Shown piece after piece: positions 1 through 9,116 of a stretch of 64,000 nucleotides of DNA. Each line of letters begins with the position of its first letter. Position 1 is the stretch's first letter. Under the pieces are notes generated by a model. The model was not told where the DNA came from and ran no database searches. It worked only from the letters and a program-made list of their open reading frames with translations. The position numbers were made by a program, and so were the translations under genes. The stretch comes from Candidatus Rokuibacteriota bacterium (GTDB lineage: Bacteria; JAUVQV01; DATDCY01), in NCBI GenBank assembly GCA_031406795.1, contig JANOHV010000151.1:6232-70231 (forward strand). The letters are read 5' to 3'.

Positions 1-235
1 CCCTACCGACGGGTCCGCGGGCGACGAGACCGCCGAGAGCCTGATCGGACGGCTCGAAGGCGGCATCAGACGGCTCGAAGCCGAAGGGCTCCCGCGCGCC
101 GCGCTCCTGCGCCAGAGCATCATCACGCCCTCCTGCGGACTGGGCAGCCTGACCCCGGAGCACGCCGAGTCGATCTTGAAGTTGACGCTGGAGATTTCGC
201 AGCGGCTGCAGCGCTACGAGGTCAACGCGCGGTAG
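1..235 (+). CDS. 3' end of a cobalamin-independent methionine synthase (MetE-like)/URO-D superfamily protein, truncated by the window edge
   Basis: Frame 2 reads ...RQSIITPSCGLGSLTPEHAESIL...NAR* (TAG 233-235). ITPSCGL resembles the C-terminal Zn-ligand motif of MetE-like proteins. Not in the ORF track. Confidence 0.6.
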   Translation, partial: PTDGSAGDETAESLIGRLEGGIRRLEAEGLPRAALLRQSIITPSCGLGSLTPEHAESILKLTLEISQRLQRYEVNAR

Positions 236-2541
236 ATCTCCGGGACGCGCAGGGGAAGTTTGGCGACCGCGTCGATGACCACGTAGCTGACCTCGCCAAA
301 CAGATGCGCGACGTAGTCGTGCGCCTTCGGGTCGAGCGTGATGCAGAACGGGTGCACGCCGGCGAGCTTGGCCTCGGTGAGCGCGTGCCGGGTGTCTTCG
401 ACGGCGTAGTCCCCCTTGTACTCGTCGTAGTCCTCGGGCTTGCCGTCCGACAGGATCACCAGAAGCCTGCTCTTCGCTTCGGCAGCACGCAGCAGGCGCG
501 TCACGTGGCGGATCGGCGGTCCCATGCGCGTGTAGTCCCGCGGGGTGATCGCGGCGATGCGCCCCCGGACCTGCTCGCCGTAGGGCTCGTCCAGATCCTT
601 GATGTGGTAGAGCTCCGAGCGCAGGCGCCGTATGCCCGAGAAACCGTACACCCCCCAGCGGTCGCCGAGCACCTCGAGCGATTCGCACAGCAGCACCAGC
701 GACTCCCGGATTGCCGTGTTCACCCAGCCCTCGGTCGATGAGGACATGTCCACGAGAAAGACGACGGCGATGTCGCGCCGGTCGCGCGCCAGGTGGATGA
801 AGACCCGGTCGGAGACCGCTCTCCCGGCAATACGATCCGCGCGGGCCTCGATCGCCGCGTCGATGTCCACCTCGTCGCCGTCGAGTTGCCGGCGCACCAG
901 GTGCTCGCCGGTCCGCAGCCGTTCGAACGCCCGCCGGATCCGCAGCAGCGGGCCGCGATAGCGCTGCAGCGTGGCCCGGACGAACGTCGTATCCCCGGGC
1001 TCCAGCTCCAGCGGGTGCACGGAGCACCAGCCCCTGCGGAATCCGGCCCGACGAAAATCCCATTCGTCGTAGACCAGGGCCTCCGCCGCCCGCGGTCCCT
1101 CAGGCACCGCCGGCCCGGCGAAGCGCCCGGCGGCGCTCCCGGCCCGGGCGATCACCCCCGAGACGTAGCTCGTGGGAACCCCTCCCAGGTCGCGCCGGAT
1201 TTCCTCGACCAGGGCCCGCTGTTCCTGCGGTATTTCCACCTGCTGGGCGCCGATGCGGACGAAGTCGGGGCGCCCCTCGTCCACACCCTTGCCGATATTG
1301 ATGTCCGCGCGGGAGCGCGTGTCACCGCCCTCCTCCCGGGCCACCTTCCCCGTGGGCTCGCGCTCGCCCGAGTCAGGCGCGGCACCGTCTTGTTCTCCAG
1401 CCGCCAGCGGGTCGACCAGCGCTCGAAATGCCGCGATGAACTCCTCGCGGGCCTCCTCCCGCCGGGCTCTGCGACGCTCTTCGGCGAGTGACGGTCGCAG
1501 CGCGCCCTCGAAGGACGGCGGTTCCGCCGCGGACTCGCCGGTGGGAAGCGCGTCAACGAGGGGATACAGCCCCGCGACGGCCCGCGCCGCGTCCGCAGCC
1601 GTCGCGATCGGCTGCCGCAATGGCAGCAGCAGGGCCGACACGGGCGGGGGAAGATCCGCATCCGCCCCGGGCTGGTTCCAAATCCAGCGACGCAGCGATT
1701 CGAACCAGCCCTCGCGCCCATCGGGGGTCGCCGGGACGGAGCGGCGGGAAAAGTATTCCGCGAGCACCGGCACTGCCTCACGCCCCAGCCCCGGGAGCTG
1801 CGTTGGGATCCGCGCGGCCACCCGCAGCGTCGCCACCGTGTGGTACAGCCGCTGCGCAAGATCCGGTTCAGGGAAGAGCCCGAAATAATTCACGAGCCAG
1901 GCGGGGTTCGCACCCCACGAGGTCCCGAACCGACGCTCCAGCCCGGGAACCAGGGGGTCTCCCGACGGCGGCTCTGCCCGGTAGGTCCCGGCCGCGATGT
2001 GGCCCCATTGCACGGTCGCCGCAAGTTTGAAGAGCAGGAAGTTGCGGTCGAGGTCCTCGAAGACGACGATCCGCCGCGGCAGCCAGACCACGGCGGTGTC
2101 GGTGGCGGCCTCGCGCCCCTCGGCAACCTCAAGGTGCCGGCCGGCCAGGGCGCAGAGATAGGGGTGCAGCAGCCCGACCACGTCACGGTAGCGTGCGCCG
2201 TTTTCGCCGCGCAGCTCCCGCACCAGCGCGCGCCCGCCGTCGGCGATGACCGGGCGCGCCTGCTCGAGTCCGCCGGCCTCGTACGCGTCGAGGAGTGCGC
2301 CGACCCAGATCTGCAGCCTGGTTTCTCCGAAGACCTCGAGCCCCCGCGCCGCGTTGCGCAGGAATGAGAACGTCAGCGCGTGGCTCACCGGCCAGAGCGA
2401 GGGGACCAGATCGAGCACGCGTCGCTGCGCGCTCTCGGGCAGTTGCGCGAGCACTTCCGCGTATTGCTCAATCTCCCCGTCGGCGAAGTGTCCGGGACGG
2501 ATGAGCCTCTCGAGCCGCCGGCTGATCTGCGCCTCGTTCAT
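214..2541 (-). CDS. NorD/CbbO-like vWA-domain chaperone partner
   Basis: YDEWDF motif, MIDAS DMSSST, YTRMGPPIRH, LSDGKPEDYDEY; directly downstream of a NorQ-like ATPase. Confidence 0.85.
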   Translation of the reverse strand: MNEAQISRRLERLIRPGHFADGEIEQYAEVLAQLPESAQRRVLDLVPSLWPVSHALTFSFLRNAARGLEVFGETRLQIWVGALLDAYEAGGLEQARPVIADGGRALVRELRGENGARYRDVVGLLHPYLCALAGRHLEVAEGREAATDTAVVWLPRRIVVFEDLDRNFLLFKLAATVQWGHIAAGTYRAEPPSGDPLVPGLERRFGTSWGANPAWLVNYFGLFPEPDLAQRLYHTVATLRVAARIPTQLPGLGREAVPVLAEYFSRRSVPATPDGREGWFESLRRWIWNQPGADADLPPPVSALLLPLRQPIATAADAARAVAGLYPLVDALPTGESAAEPPSFEGALRPSLAEERRRARREEAREEFIAAFRALVDPLAAGEQDGAAPDSGEREPTGKVAREEGGDTRSRADINIGKGVDEGRPDFVRIGAQQVEIPQEQRALVEEIRRDLGGVPTSYVSGVIARAGSAAGRFAGPAVPEGPRAAEALVYDEWDFRRAGFRRGWCSVHPLELEPGDTTFVRATLQRYRGPLLRIRRAFERLRTGEHLVRRQLDGDEVDIDAAIEARADRIAGRAVSDRVFIHLARDRRDIAVVFLVDMSSSTEGWVNTAIRESLVLLCESLEVLGDRWGVYGFSGIRRLRSELYHIKDLDEPYGEQVRGRIAAITPRDYTRMGPPIRHVTRLLRAAEAKSRLLVILSDGKPEDYDEYKGDYAVEDTRHALTEAKLAGVHPFCITLDPKAHDYVAHLFGEVSYVVIDAVAKLPLRVPEIYRALTS

Positions 2542-2547
2542 CGCGGG

Positions 2548-3372
2548 TCAGAAAAGGGAGCTGACCAGCTCGTCGAGCGCCAGGTGCAGCTCCCGGTCGT
2601 CGGTGAGCGTCTCGGTGATTGCCGCCCGACAGGCGGTCCGCGGCGCAACCCCGGCGCGGATCAACTTGCCGGCGTGGATGAGCAGGCGCGGGCTCGCGCC
2701 CTCGGTGAGCCCGGAGTCCCGCAGGCCGCGCGTCATCGCCCCGAGGCGAACCAGCAGGCCCGCCGTCTCGGCGTCGATCCCTGCTTCGTGCCGCACGATC
2801 TCCTCCTCGAGCTGCGCCGGCGGGAACGTGAACTCGAGGGAGACGAAACGCTGACGGGTGCTGGGTTTGAGATCCTTGAGCACGCTCTGGTACCCGGGGT
2901 TGTAGGAGACGGCCAGCAGGAACCCCGGCGGCGCCTTGATCAACTCGCCGCGCTTTTCGATAGGCAGCTCGCGCCGTTCGTCCGCGAGGGGATGGATGAC
3001 CACGGTCGTATCCTTGCGCGCCTCGACGATCTCGTCCAGATAGCAGATCGCCCCGGCCCGCACCGCAACGGTCAGGGGCCCGTCCGTCCAGACCGTGTCG
3101 CCTCCCCGGATGAGGTAGCGCCCGACGAGGTCTCCCGTGGAGAGGTCGTCGTGGCACGAGACGCTGACGAGCGGCCGCCGCAGCTCCCAGGCGAGCCGCA
3201 GCATGAACCGGGTCTTCCCGCACCCGGTCGGCCCCTTGAGCAGCAGCGGCAGGCCGTTGCGGTCGGCCGCGCGCGCGATCTCCAGCTCGGTGCCCTGCGG
3301 CAGGTAGTATGGCTCGTCGGTGATCAGGTGATCGGCCGCCATCTGTGCAAGCGGTTCTTCCGGCTCGGTCAT
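2548..3372 (-). CDS. CbbQ/NirQ/NorQ family MoxR-type AAA+ ATPase
   Basis: Walker A GPTGCGKT, Walker B CYLDEIVEARKD, family motif SYNPGYQSVLKDLKPSTRQRF. Confidence 0.92.
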   Translation of the reverse strand: MTEPEEPLAQMAADHLITDEPYYLPQGTELEIARAADRNGLPLLLKGPTGCGKTRFMLRLAWELRRPLVSVSCHDDLSTGDLVGRYLIRGGDTVWTDGPLTVAVRAGAICYLDEIVEARKDTTVVIHPLADERRELPIEKRGELIKAPPGFLLAVSYNPGYQSVLKDLKPSTRQRFVSLEFTFPPAQLEEEIVRHEAGIDAETAGLLVRLGAMTRGLRDSGLTEGASPRLLIHAGKLIRAGVAPRTACRAAITETLTDDRELHLALDELVSSLF

Positions 3373-3675
3373 GCCCGCCTCCCTCGCGTGATTTCCGGGT
3401 TCTTTGCGCTGGAGTCGATTGTAGTCTGTGTGTACGTGTCATACCATGAGCGCCTCTGTCCGAAAGTCAGCGCCGCCGGCTCCGCGGGAGAACTCCGTCC
3501 GCCGGCGAGATCAGTCGGGAGTCCTCCTACGACACGGTCCTACCTGCGTGGCGGCGCCGGCCCGGACTGCTCGCGCGCTTCACCCTGCTCATGGTGCAGG
3601 CCGGGGCGGAGGGATAAGCACAGCCGCCGGGCCGGTGGAGGCCAGACCCCCTCCGCCGGCCCTGACGCGATGCGA

Positions 3676-5046
3676 TTACTTCTCGGTCACCTCATAGGCG
3701 CCGTTGGCGCCGACGACGATCACCGCGTTGAGATACCGGACCTTGTCGTACCCTTTCACGATGAGCAGGTCGTAGGCCATCTTGGCAAGGACGCCCGTAT
3801 TGCAGTGGATCACGACGTTCTTGTCCTTCGGGACCTCTGCGAAGCGCGTCTCCAGCTGGCTCTGCGGAATCGGGAGCGCGCCGACGAGTATCCCGTCCAC
3901 CGGCTGTTCGCGCACATCGACGATGAGCGTCCCTTCAGGCCGTGTGTCCACAATCTTCTTGAAATCGTCGATGGTGATCTCGCCGGGCTTGAGCGTCTTC
4001 ACGTACTCGATCTTCGCCGGCGACGCCAGCGGACCTGTTTTCAACTCACCCTTCCAGGAGCCGAGACCCTGGCGCAGGACCGTCGTGTTCACGTAGCCCC
4101 AGCCCCGCACGGTCTTGAATGCGTCGGGGCTCGCCTGCGCCGTGTCGTAGAGGACGATCGGCGCCTTCTTGTTCACCGGGAACCGGTCTTTCCACGAGGC
4201 GAGATCCTGCGCCGGGATGCCGATCGCCCCCGGAATGAACCCTTTTTCAGCCGTCGCGGCGTCGCGCAGATCGATCAGAACGAACGACTCCCCGCCCTTG
4301 ATCCAGTTTTCCAGCGCCACGGGGCCGCTGGCGACCAGTCCGCCGGCTTTCTTCCAGGCGGGCATGCCGGCGTGGAAGACCTTCACGTTGGTGTAACCCA
4401 GCGCCTCCGCCTCACGGGCGGAGAAGGGGCTGAGCGTTCAGGTTTCGCCTGCGCAGTAAAAGATCAGGAGGGCCCCCTTGTCCGCCGGCAGCAGGGCGGC
4501 CGCCTTTTCCTTGAAGCTCGCATACGGCAGACTGACGGCGCCGGGAATGTGCCCCTCGGCGAACATCGGGCCGGGACGCGAGTCGAAGAGGGCGAATTTC
4601 CCCGTATCCGGCCCCTGTGCCGCCAGTTCCAGCATCTGCTCGACCGCGATGATCTTCTCGGCCGCGAGCTTGAAGGGCTGCTTGACGGCGACCTGAACGG
4701 CCACCGGAGCCTTCTCGCCCCCCGTGAACGAGACCGCGATCTCCCGGTCGCGCGTGATCGTCTTGAGCGCGTCCGCACCGCTGATCTTCTCGCCTTCCTT
4801 GACCTTGAGATCATCGCCGTACTTGACGATCCAGACCACGGGGCCGATCGTGACGTTCATGCTCTTGAATTCACCGGAAACCGACACCATCTTGCCCCGG
4901 AGCACCCCGTCGGCCGCCTGATGGCAGATCTTGCAGGACTCCATGGTGTTCGGCTTGGCGGCCGCGACCGGCCCGGCCTCCAGGACGAGGGCCAGCGTCG
5001 CCGCCCCGGTTGCTGCGACGGCGCTCCACTTCTTGCTCTTCGGCAT
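3676..5046 (-). CDS. Exported c-type-heme, triple-rhodanese protein with probable selenocysteine (UGA at 4438-4440), 456 aa
   Basis: ORFs 4438..5046 and 3676..4386 share a frame and join as LIFYCAGET-U-TLSPFSAREAEALGYTNVKVFHAGMPAW, restoring a rhodanese domain. Signal peptide, CKICH motif, AGGAGG RBS, SECIS-like hairpin. Confidence 0.85.
4397..4434 (-). promoter_or_regulatory. Bacterial SECIS-like stem-loop
   Basis: 3' of the UGA: lower stem CUCAGC/GCUGGG, upper stem CUCCGCC/GGCGGAG, apical loop CGUGA with G at position 2, starting 22 nt after the UGA. Confidence 0.75.
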
Positions 5047-5149
5047 GGGTACACCTCCTGTTGATTGTACGTTCCCCGCGCGCGAGCGATCTCAAGTTCC
5101 GCAATCCGCTCGCTGCGCCTCGGTCAACACTCCTGTCGCCTGAATCAAG

Positions 5150-5166
5150 AGCAATGATCGTGCCTT
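5150..5166 (-). promoter_or_regulatory. Sigma54 (-24/-12) promoter of the rhodanese gene
   Basis: Minus strand AAGGCACGATCATTGCT fits GG-N10-GC and the TGGCACG-N4-TTGC consensus. Confidence 0.75.
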
Positions 5167-5231
5167 GGGAAATGGTCGGGACGGTTTCCGGGCGATCCGC
5201 CTTGGTGCAGAATTCCCGCCGAGTCGTTGTT

Positions 5232-5244
5232 AATCAATCGGTTG
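5232..5244 (+). promoter_or_regulatory. IHF-binding site
   Basis: AATCAATCGGTTG matches WATCAANNNNTTR; lies between the sigma54 promoter and an AT-rich candidate enhancer at ~5365-5420. Confidence 0.6.
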
Positions 5245-5408
5245 CGTCACGGGGAGCCGGCGGCGCGAACTCGCAACAACCTTCCTTCAGCGCGGAATCG
5301 TGTCGGCAGGCGCTCTGGAAACGACGTGCATCGCGGTCGTTCTTGCCGGAATTCCGTTCACTTACGTTAACAGGCGTTCAGTTTCATGTTACTGTGTTTA
5401 CGATTAAC

Positions 5409-6773
5409 ATGAAAATTAACGAACTGGTCAAGGATCCGGGATTCCTCGAGAGCGTCCTCGACACGATGAGCGACGGCCTCATGGTTGTCGATCCCGACGG
5501 AACCATCATTTCCTTCAACCCGGCCGCCGAGCGCATCACCGGCTACCGGCTCGAGGAGGTGATCGGCAAGCCCTGCGCGATCCTCGACACGAGCACGTGC
5601 GTCTATCACGAAGGGGACCGCACGACGATTCGCTGCTCGCTCTTCAAGGACGGCAAGGCGGTTCAGAAGAGCTGCCGCATCCGCGCGAAGGACGGCCGGG
5701 AGATTCACCTGCTCAAGAACGCCACGGTCCTGCGCGACGAGAGCGGCGCGATGATCGGCGGCATCGAAACGATGACCGACGTGACCTCGCTGGTGATCAA
5801 GGAGCGTCAGATCCAGGAATTGGCGGTGGCGATCCGCGAGGAGCAGGCCTTCCAGGGACTCGTCGGCCGCAGCCCCGGGATGCTCCGGGTCCACGAGCAG
5901 ATCAAGAACGCCGCGCGCAGCGAGGCACCCGCGGTCGTCCTCGGCGAAAGCGGCACCGGCAAGGAGCTGGTCGCCGCGGCGATCCACGCACTCAGCCGCC
6001 GCAAGGACGGCCCGTTCCTGAAAGTCAACTGCGCCGCGCTCAACGAGCACCTGCTCGAGAGCGAGCTGTTCGGGCACCGGCGGGGCGCGTTCACCGGCGC
6101 GGTGCGCGACCGCCAGGGGCGCTTTGAGGCCGCCAGCGGCGGGACGATCTTTCTCGACGAAATCGGCGACATGCCCGCCCCGATGCAGGCCAAGCTGCTG
6201 CGGGTGCTCGAAGGCAAAGAGATTGAGCGCGTCGGCGAAAATACCCCGGTCCCGATCGACGTGCGGCTGGTGTCCGCGACGAACCGCCAACTCGCGGCGC
6301 TCGTGGAGTCGGGGACATTCCGCGAGGATCTGCTCTACCGGGTGAACGTCATTCCGATCGTGCTCCCCCCGCTGCGCGATCGGGTCGAGGACATTCCCCT
6401 GCTCGTCTCGCATTTTCTCGCGCGCATCGGGGCGGCGAACGACCGGGCGGCCTTGCGGGTGACCCCGGCCGCGCTCGAAGCACTGCAGCGATGCCGCTGG
6501 CCGGGAAATGTCCGGCAACTGATCAACGCTCTGGAGTACGCCGTCATCACCTCCCGCGGCGAGGAAATCGACCTCCAGGATCTGCCGGGAAGCCTCCTGG
6601 CCGAACCCGCCAGCCTGCCGCCGCTGCGACGACGAGGCACCCTGACCCCGGAGGCGGTCCGCGCCGCCCTCGCCAGTGCCGGGGGGAGTCGCTCCGCCGC
6701 GGCCCGCGATCTCGGCGTCAGCCGAGTGACGCTCTGGAAGCGCATGAACGAGTTCGGCTTGACCGGGCGCTGA
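5409..6773 (+). CDS. PAS-domain sigma54-dependent transcriptional activator (Fis-type HTH)
   Basis: N-terminal PAS; GESGTGKE, ESELFGH, GAFTGA, FLDEIGD, WPGNVRQL; C-terminal HTH LGVSRVTLWKRM. Start placed at ATG 5409. Confidence 0.9.
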   Translation: MKINELVKDPGFLESVLDTMSDGLMVVDPDGTIISFNPAAERITGYRLEEVIGKPCAILDTSTCVYHEGDRTTIRCSLFKDGKAVQKSCRIRAKDGREIHLLKNATVLRDESGAMIGGIETMTDVTSLVIKERQIQELAVAIREEQAFQGLVGRSPGMLRVHEQIKNAARSEAPAVVLGESGTGKELVAAAIHALSRRKDGPFLKVNCAALNEHLLESELFGHRRGAFTGAVRDRQGRFEAASGGTIFLDEIGDMPAPMQAKLLRVLEGKEIERVGENTPVPIDVRLVSATNRQLAALVESGTFREDLLYRVNVIPIVLPPLRDRVEDIPLLVSHFLARIGAANDRAALRVTPAALEALQRCRWPGNVRQLINALEYAVITSRGEEIDLQDLPGSLLAEPASLPPLRRRGTLTPEAVRAALASAGGSRSAAARDLGVSRVTLWKRMNEFGLTGR

Positions 6774-6825
6774 CCAGAGCGAAATCAGGCTCTTCCCGGT
6801 GAGTTGCAAAGCCTGCTGTTCTGCT

Positions 6826-7026
6826 GGATCAGCGCGTACGCGCGGATCAGGAAAGTCAGGCTTGTCACCTGGTCCGGTTTATCCAAGTCGTTGCTCATTT
6901 CTGATCGCAATGCTTGCTTCAAGCGATGCTTGACCTCTGCCACGCCGTGCTTCCTGCAATAAGTCCGGCTTTTTCAGTAGTTGAAATGCCTCCTCTGCTG
7001 CTGGATCCGCGCGTACGCGCGGATCC
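6826..7026 (+). repeat. ~200-bp palindrome-capped element, copy 1 (preceded by a degenerate partial copy at ~6782-6848)
   Basis: Both ends carry the GATCCGCGCGTACGCGCGGATC-type palindrome; inverted copy at 8892-9090. Confidence 0.9.
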
Positions 7027-7044
7027 GGGGCCCCCGCGGCGGTG

Positions 7045-7073
7045 TTGACAAGCCCCGGTTTTCTCTGGAGAAT
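7045..7073 (+). promoter_or_regulatory. Sigma70 promoter of serC
   Basis: TTGACA-17 bp-GAGAAT; the same hexamers and spacing recur at 38533-38561. Confidence 0.6.
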
Positions 7074-7157
7074 CCCCCATCGGTCGGAAAGGGTACTTCA
7101 GCGGCGCGGGCGTTCGGGCGCCGGGACAGGGGTAACGGCAGCATAAGGAGACAGTCC

Positions 7158-8240
7158 ATGAGTCGTGTGTATAATTTCAGCGCGGGGCCGGCGGCAATTC
7201 CGCTGGAGGTTCTGGAGCAGGCGCAGCGGGAGATGCTCGACTGGAACGGCTCGGGCATGTCCGTGATGGAAATGAGCCACCGCGGCAAGGACTACATGTC
7301 CATCGCGGAGAAAGCCGAGGCCGACCTGCGGACGCTGATGGCGATCCCCGCGAACTACAAGGTGCTCTTTCTGCAGGGGGGCGCCTCGCAGCAGTTCTCG
7401 ATGATCCCGATGAACCTGCTCGCCGGGAAGAAGAGCGCCGATTACATCAACACCGGCGCGTGGTCGAAGAAGGCGATCTCCGAGGCGAAGAAATTCTGCA
7501 CGCCGAAGATCGCCGCGTCGACCGAAGCCGACAAGTTCATGCGGGCGCCGGCCGCAGCGGAACTCAAGCTCGATGCCGAGGCCGCCTACGTTCACTACAC
7601 CCCGAACGAGACGATAGGCGGCGTGGAATTCCCCTACGTGCCGGCCACCGGGGCGGTCCCGCTGGTCGCCGACATGTCCTCGACGATCCTCTCCCGGCCC
7701 ATCGACGTCTCGAAGTTCGGCCTGATCTACGCCGGCGCGCAGAAAAACATCGGCCCGGCGGGGATGGCGGTGGTGATCATCCGCGAAGACCTCATCGGCA
7801 AGGCTCCCGAGGGCACGCCGACGATGCTCGACTACAAGACCCACGCCGCCGAGGGCTCGATGTACAATACCCCGCCGACGTACACCTGGTACATCGCCGG
7901 TCTGGTCTTCGACTGGCTGCTGCGCAACGGCGGCCTGACCGCGATGGGCGCGATCAACGACCGCAAGGCGAAGAAGCTCTACGCGGCAATCGACGGGTCG
8001 GGTTTCTACAAGAACCCGGTCGAGGTCGCCTCCCGCTCCTGGATGAACGTGCCCTTCACGCTGGCAAAACCCGAACTGGACGAGACCTTCCTCAAGGAGG
8101 CCAAGAAGGCGGGGCTGGTCACGCTCAAGGGACACCGCTCCGTCGGCGGCATGCGCGCCAGTATCTACAACGCCCTGCCCGAGGCCGGCGTCGACGCGCT
8201 GGTCGCCTTCATGAAGGACTTCGCACAGCGCAACGGGTAG
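7158..8240 (+). CDS. serC: Phosphoserine aminotransferase
   Basis: YNFSAGPA, SVMEMSHR, GAQKNIGPAG (PLP lysine), MYNTPP, GHRSVGGMRASIYNA; AAGGAG RBS. Confidence 0.96.
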   Translation: MSRVYNFSAGPAAIPLEVLEQAQREMLDWNGSGMSVMEMSHRGKDYMSIAEKAEADLRTLMAIPANYKVLFLQGGASQQFSMIPMNLLAGKKSADYINTGAWSKKAISEAKKFCTPKIAASTEADKFMRAPAAAELKLDAEAAYVHYTPNETIGGVEFPYVPATGAVPLVADMSSTILSRPIDVSKFGLIYAGAQKNIGPAGMAVVIIREDLIGKAPEGTPTMLDYKTHAAEGSMYNTPPTYTWYIAGLVFDWLLRNGGLTAMGAINDRKAKKLYAAIDGSGFYKNPVEVASRSWMNVPFTLAKPELDETFLKEAKKAGLVTLKGHRSVGGMRASIYNALPEAGVDALVAFMKDFAQRNG

Positions 8241-8260
8241 AAGACGCGCGGGCGATCCGC

Positions 8261-8803
8261 TCAGGAACCGAGCGCCTTGAGGAGGGCCGCCTCGTACTGC
8301 TTCTCGGTGCCGGTTTCGAAGCCCGTGTGGACGTAGCGCACGATCCCCTTGCGGTCGATGACCAGAGTGTGGGGGACCACGAAGTTGGTGTAGGCGTCGG
8401 ATACCGTGAACTCCGGGTCTACGAGGACCGGGTAGCTCGGGTTGACCCCCACCTCCTTCATGATGGTCTTCGTGGCGGCCGCGTCCACCCCGTCGGTGAC
8501 CACGGAGAGGACCGTCACGCCCTTTCCGGCGAAGCTCTTGTGCAGCTGCTCGAGAAACGGGGCCTCCTGCAGGCAGGCGCCGCAGCGCAGCGACCAGAAG
8601 GCGAGCAGCACGACGCGGCCCTTGTTGGCGATCGACAGTTGCACCTTCCGCCCCTCGGTGTCCGCGAGGGTGAAATCCTGGGCTTTGTCCCCGACCTTGA
8701 ACTTCGAGGCCAGCTCCTCGGCCTGCGCGGGCAGGGCCGCGGCGGTCACCAGCGTCCCCACTACGGCCAGCAGCGCCGTGATCTTGAAGAACGTGCGTTT
8801 CAT
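8261..8803 (-). CDS. Exported TlpA/ResA-family thioredoxin-like protein
   Basis: Signal peptide; AFWSLRCGAC (CxxC); cis-Pro VVPHTLVIDRKG; GGAGG RBS. Confidence 0.85.
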   Translation of the reverse strand: MKRTFFKITALLAVVGTLVTAAALPAQAEELASKFKVGDKAQDFTLADTEGRKVQLSIANKGRVVLLAFWSLRCGACLQEAPFLEQLHKSFAGKGVTVLSVVTDGVDAAATKTIMKEVGVNPSYPVLVDPEFTVSDAYTNFVVPHTLVIDRKGIVRYVHTGFETGTEKQYEAALLKALGS

Positions 8804-8891
8804 CTGCGTTCCTCCCACGTCGGGTTCGTCTTCGAGTCGGGCCGTAGATAATCGGGATTGGTCCGAATGTCAAGGTCAGCCGGTCCGCCCA

Positions 8892-9090
8892 GATCCGCGC
8901 GTACGCGCGGATCCATCAGCAGAGGAGGCATTTCAACCGCCGAAAAAGCAGGATTTCTTGCAGGAAGCACGGTGTGGCAGAGATCAAGCATCGCTTGAAG
9001 CATCCATTGCGATCAGATATGAGCAACGACTTGGATAAACCGGACCAGGTGACAAGCCTGACTCTCCTGATCCGCGCGTTACGCGCGGAT
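8892..9090 (-). repeat. ~200-bp palindrome-capped element, copy 2 (inverted)
   Basis: Reverse complement aligns to 6841-7025 with 13 substitutions and no indels (counted by eye). Confidence 0.9.
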
Positions 9091-9116
9091 TTGGGGTCCG
9101 CCGATCGCCCAATCTG

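Noticed and set aside
2380-5064. Long antisense ORFs (also 10289..12634, 32261..34195, 34754..36949 and others)
   Set aside because: These are shadow ORFs of high-GC genes with no recognisable motifs
6826-9090. Inverted pair as an autonomous composite transposon
   Set aside because: No transposase and no target duplication recognised; kept only as a non-autonomous element
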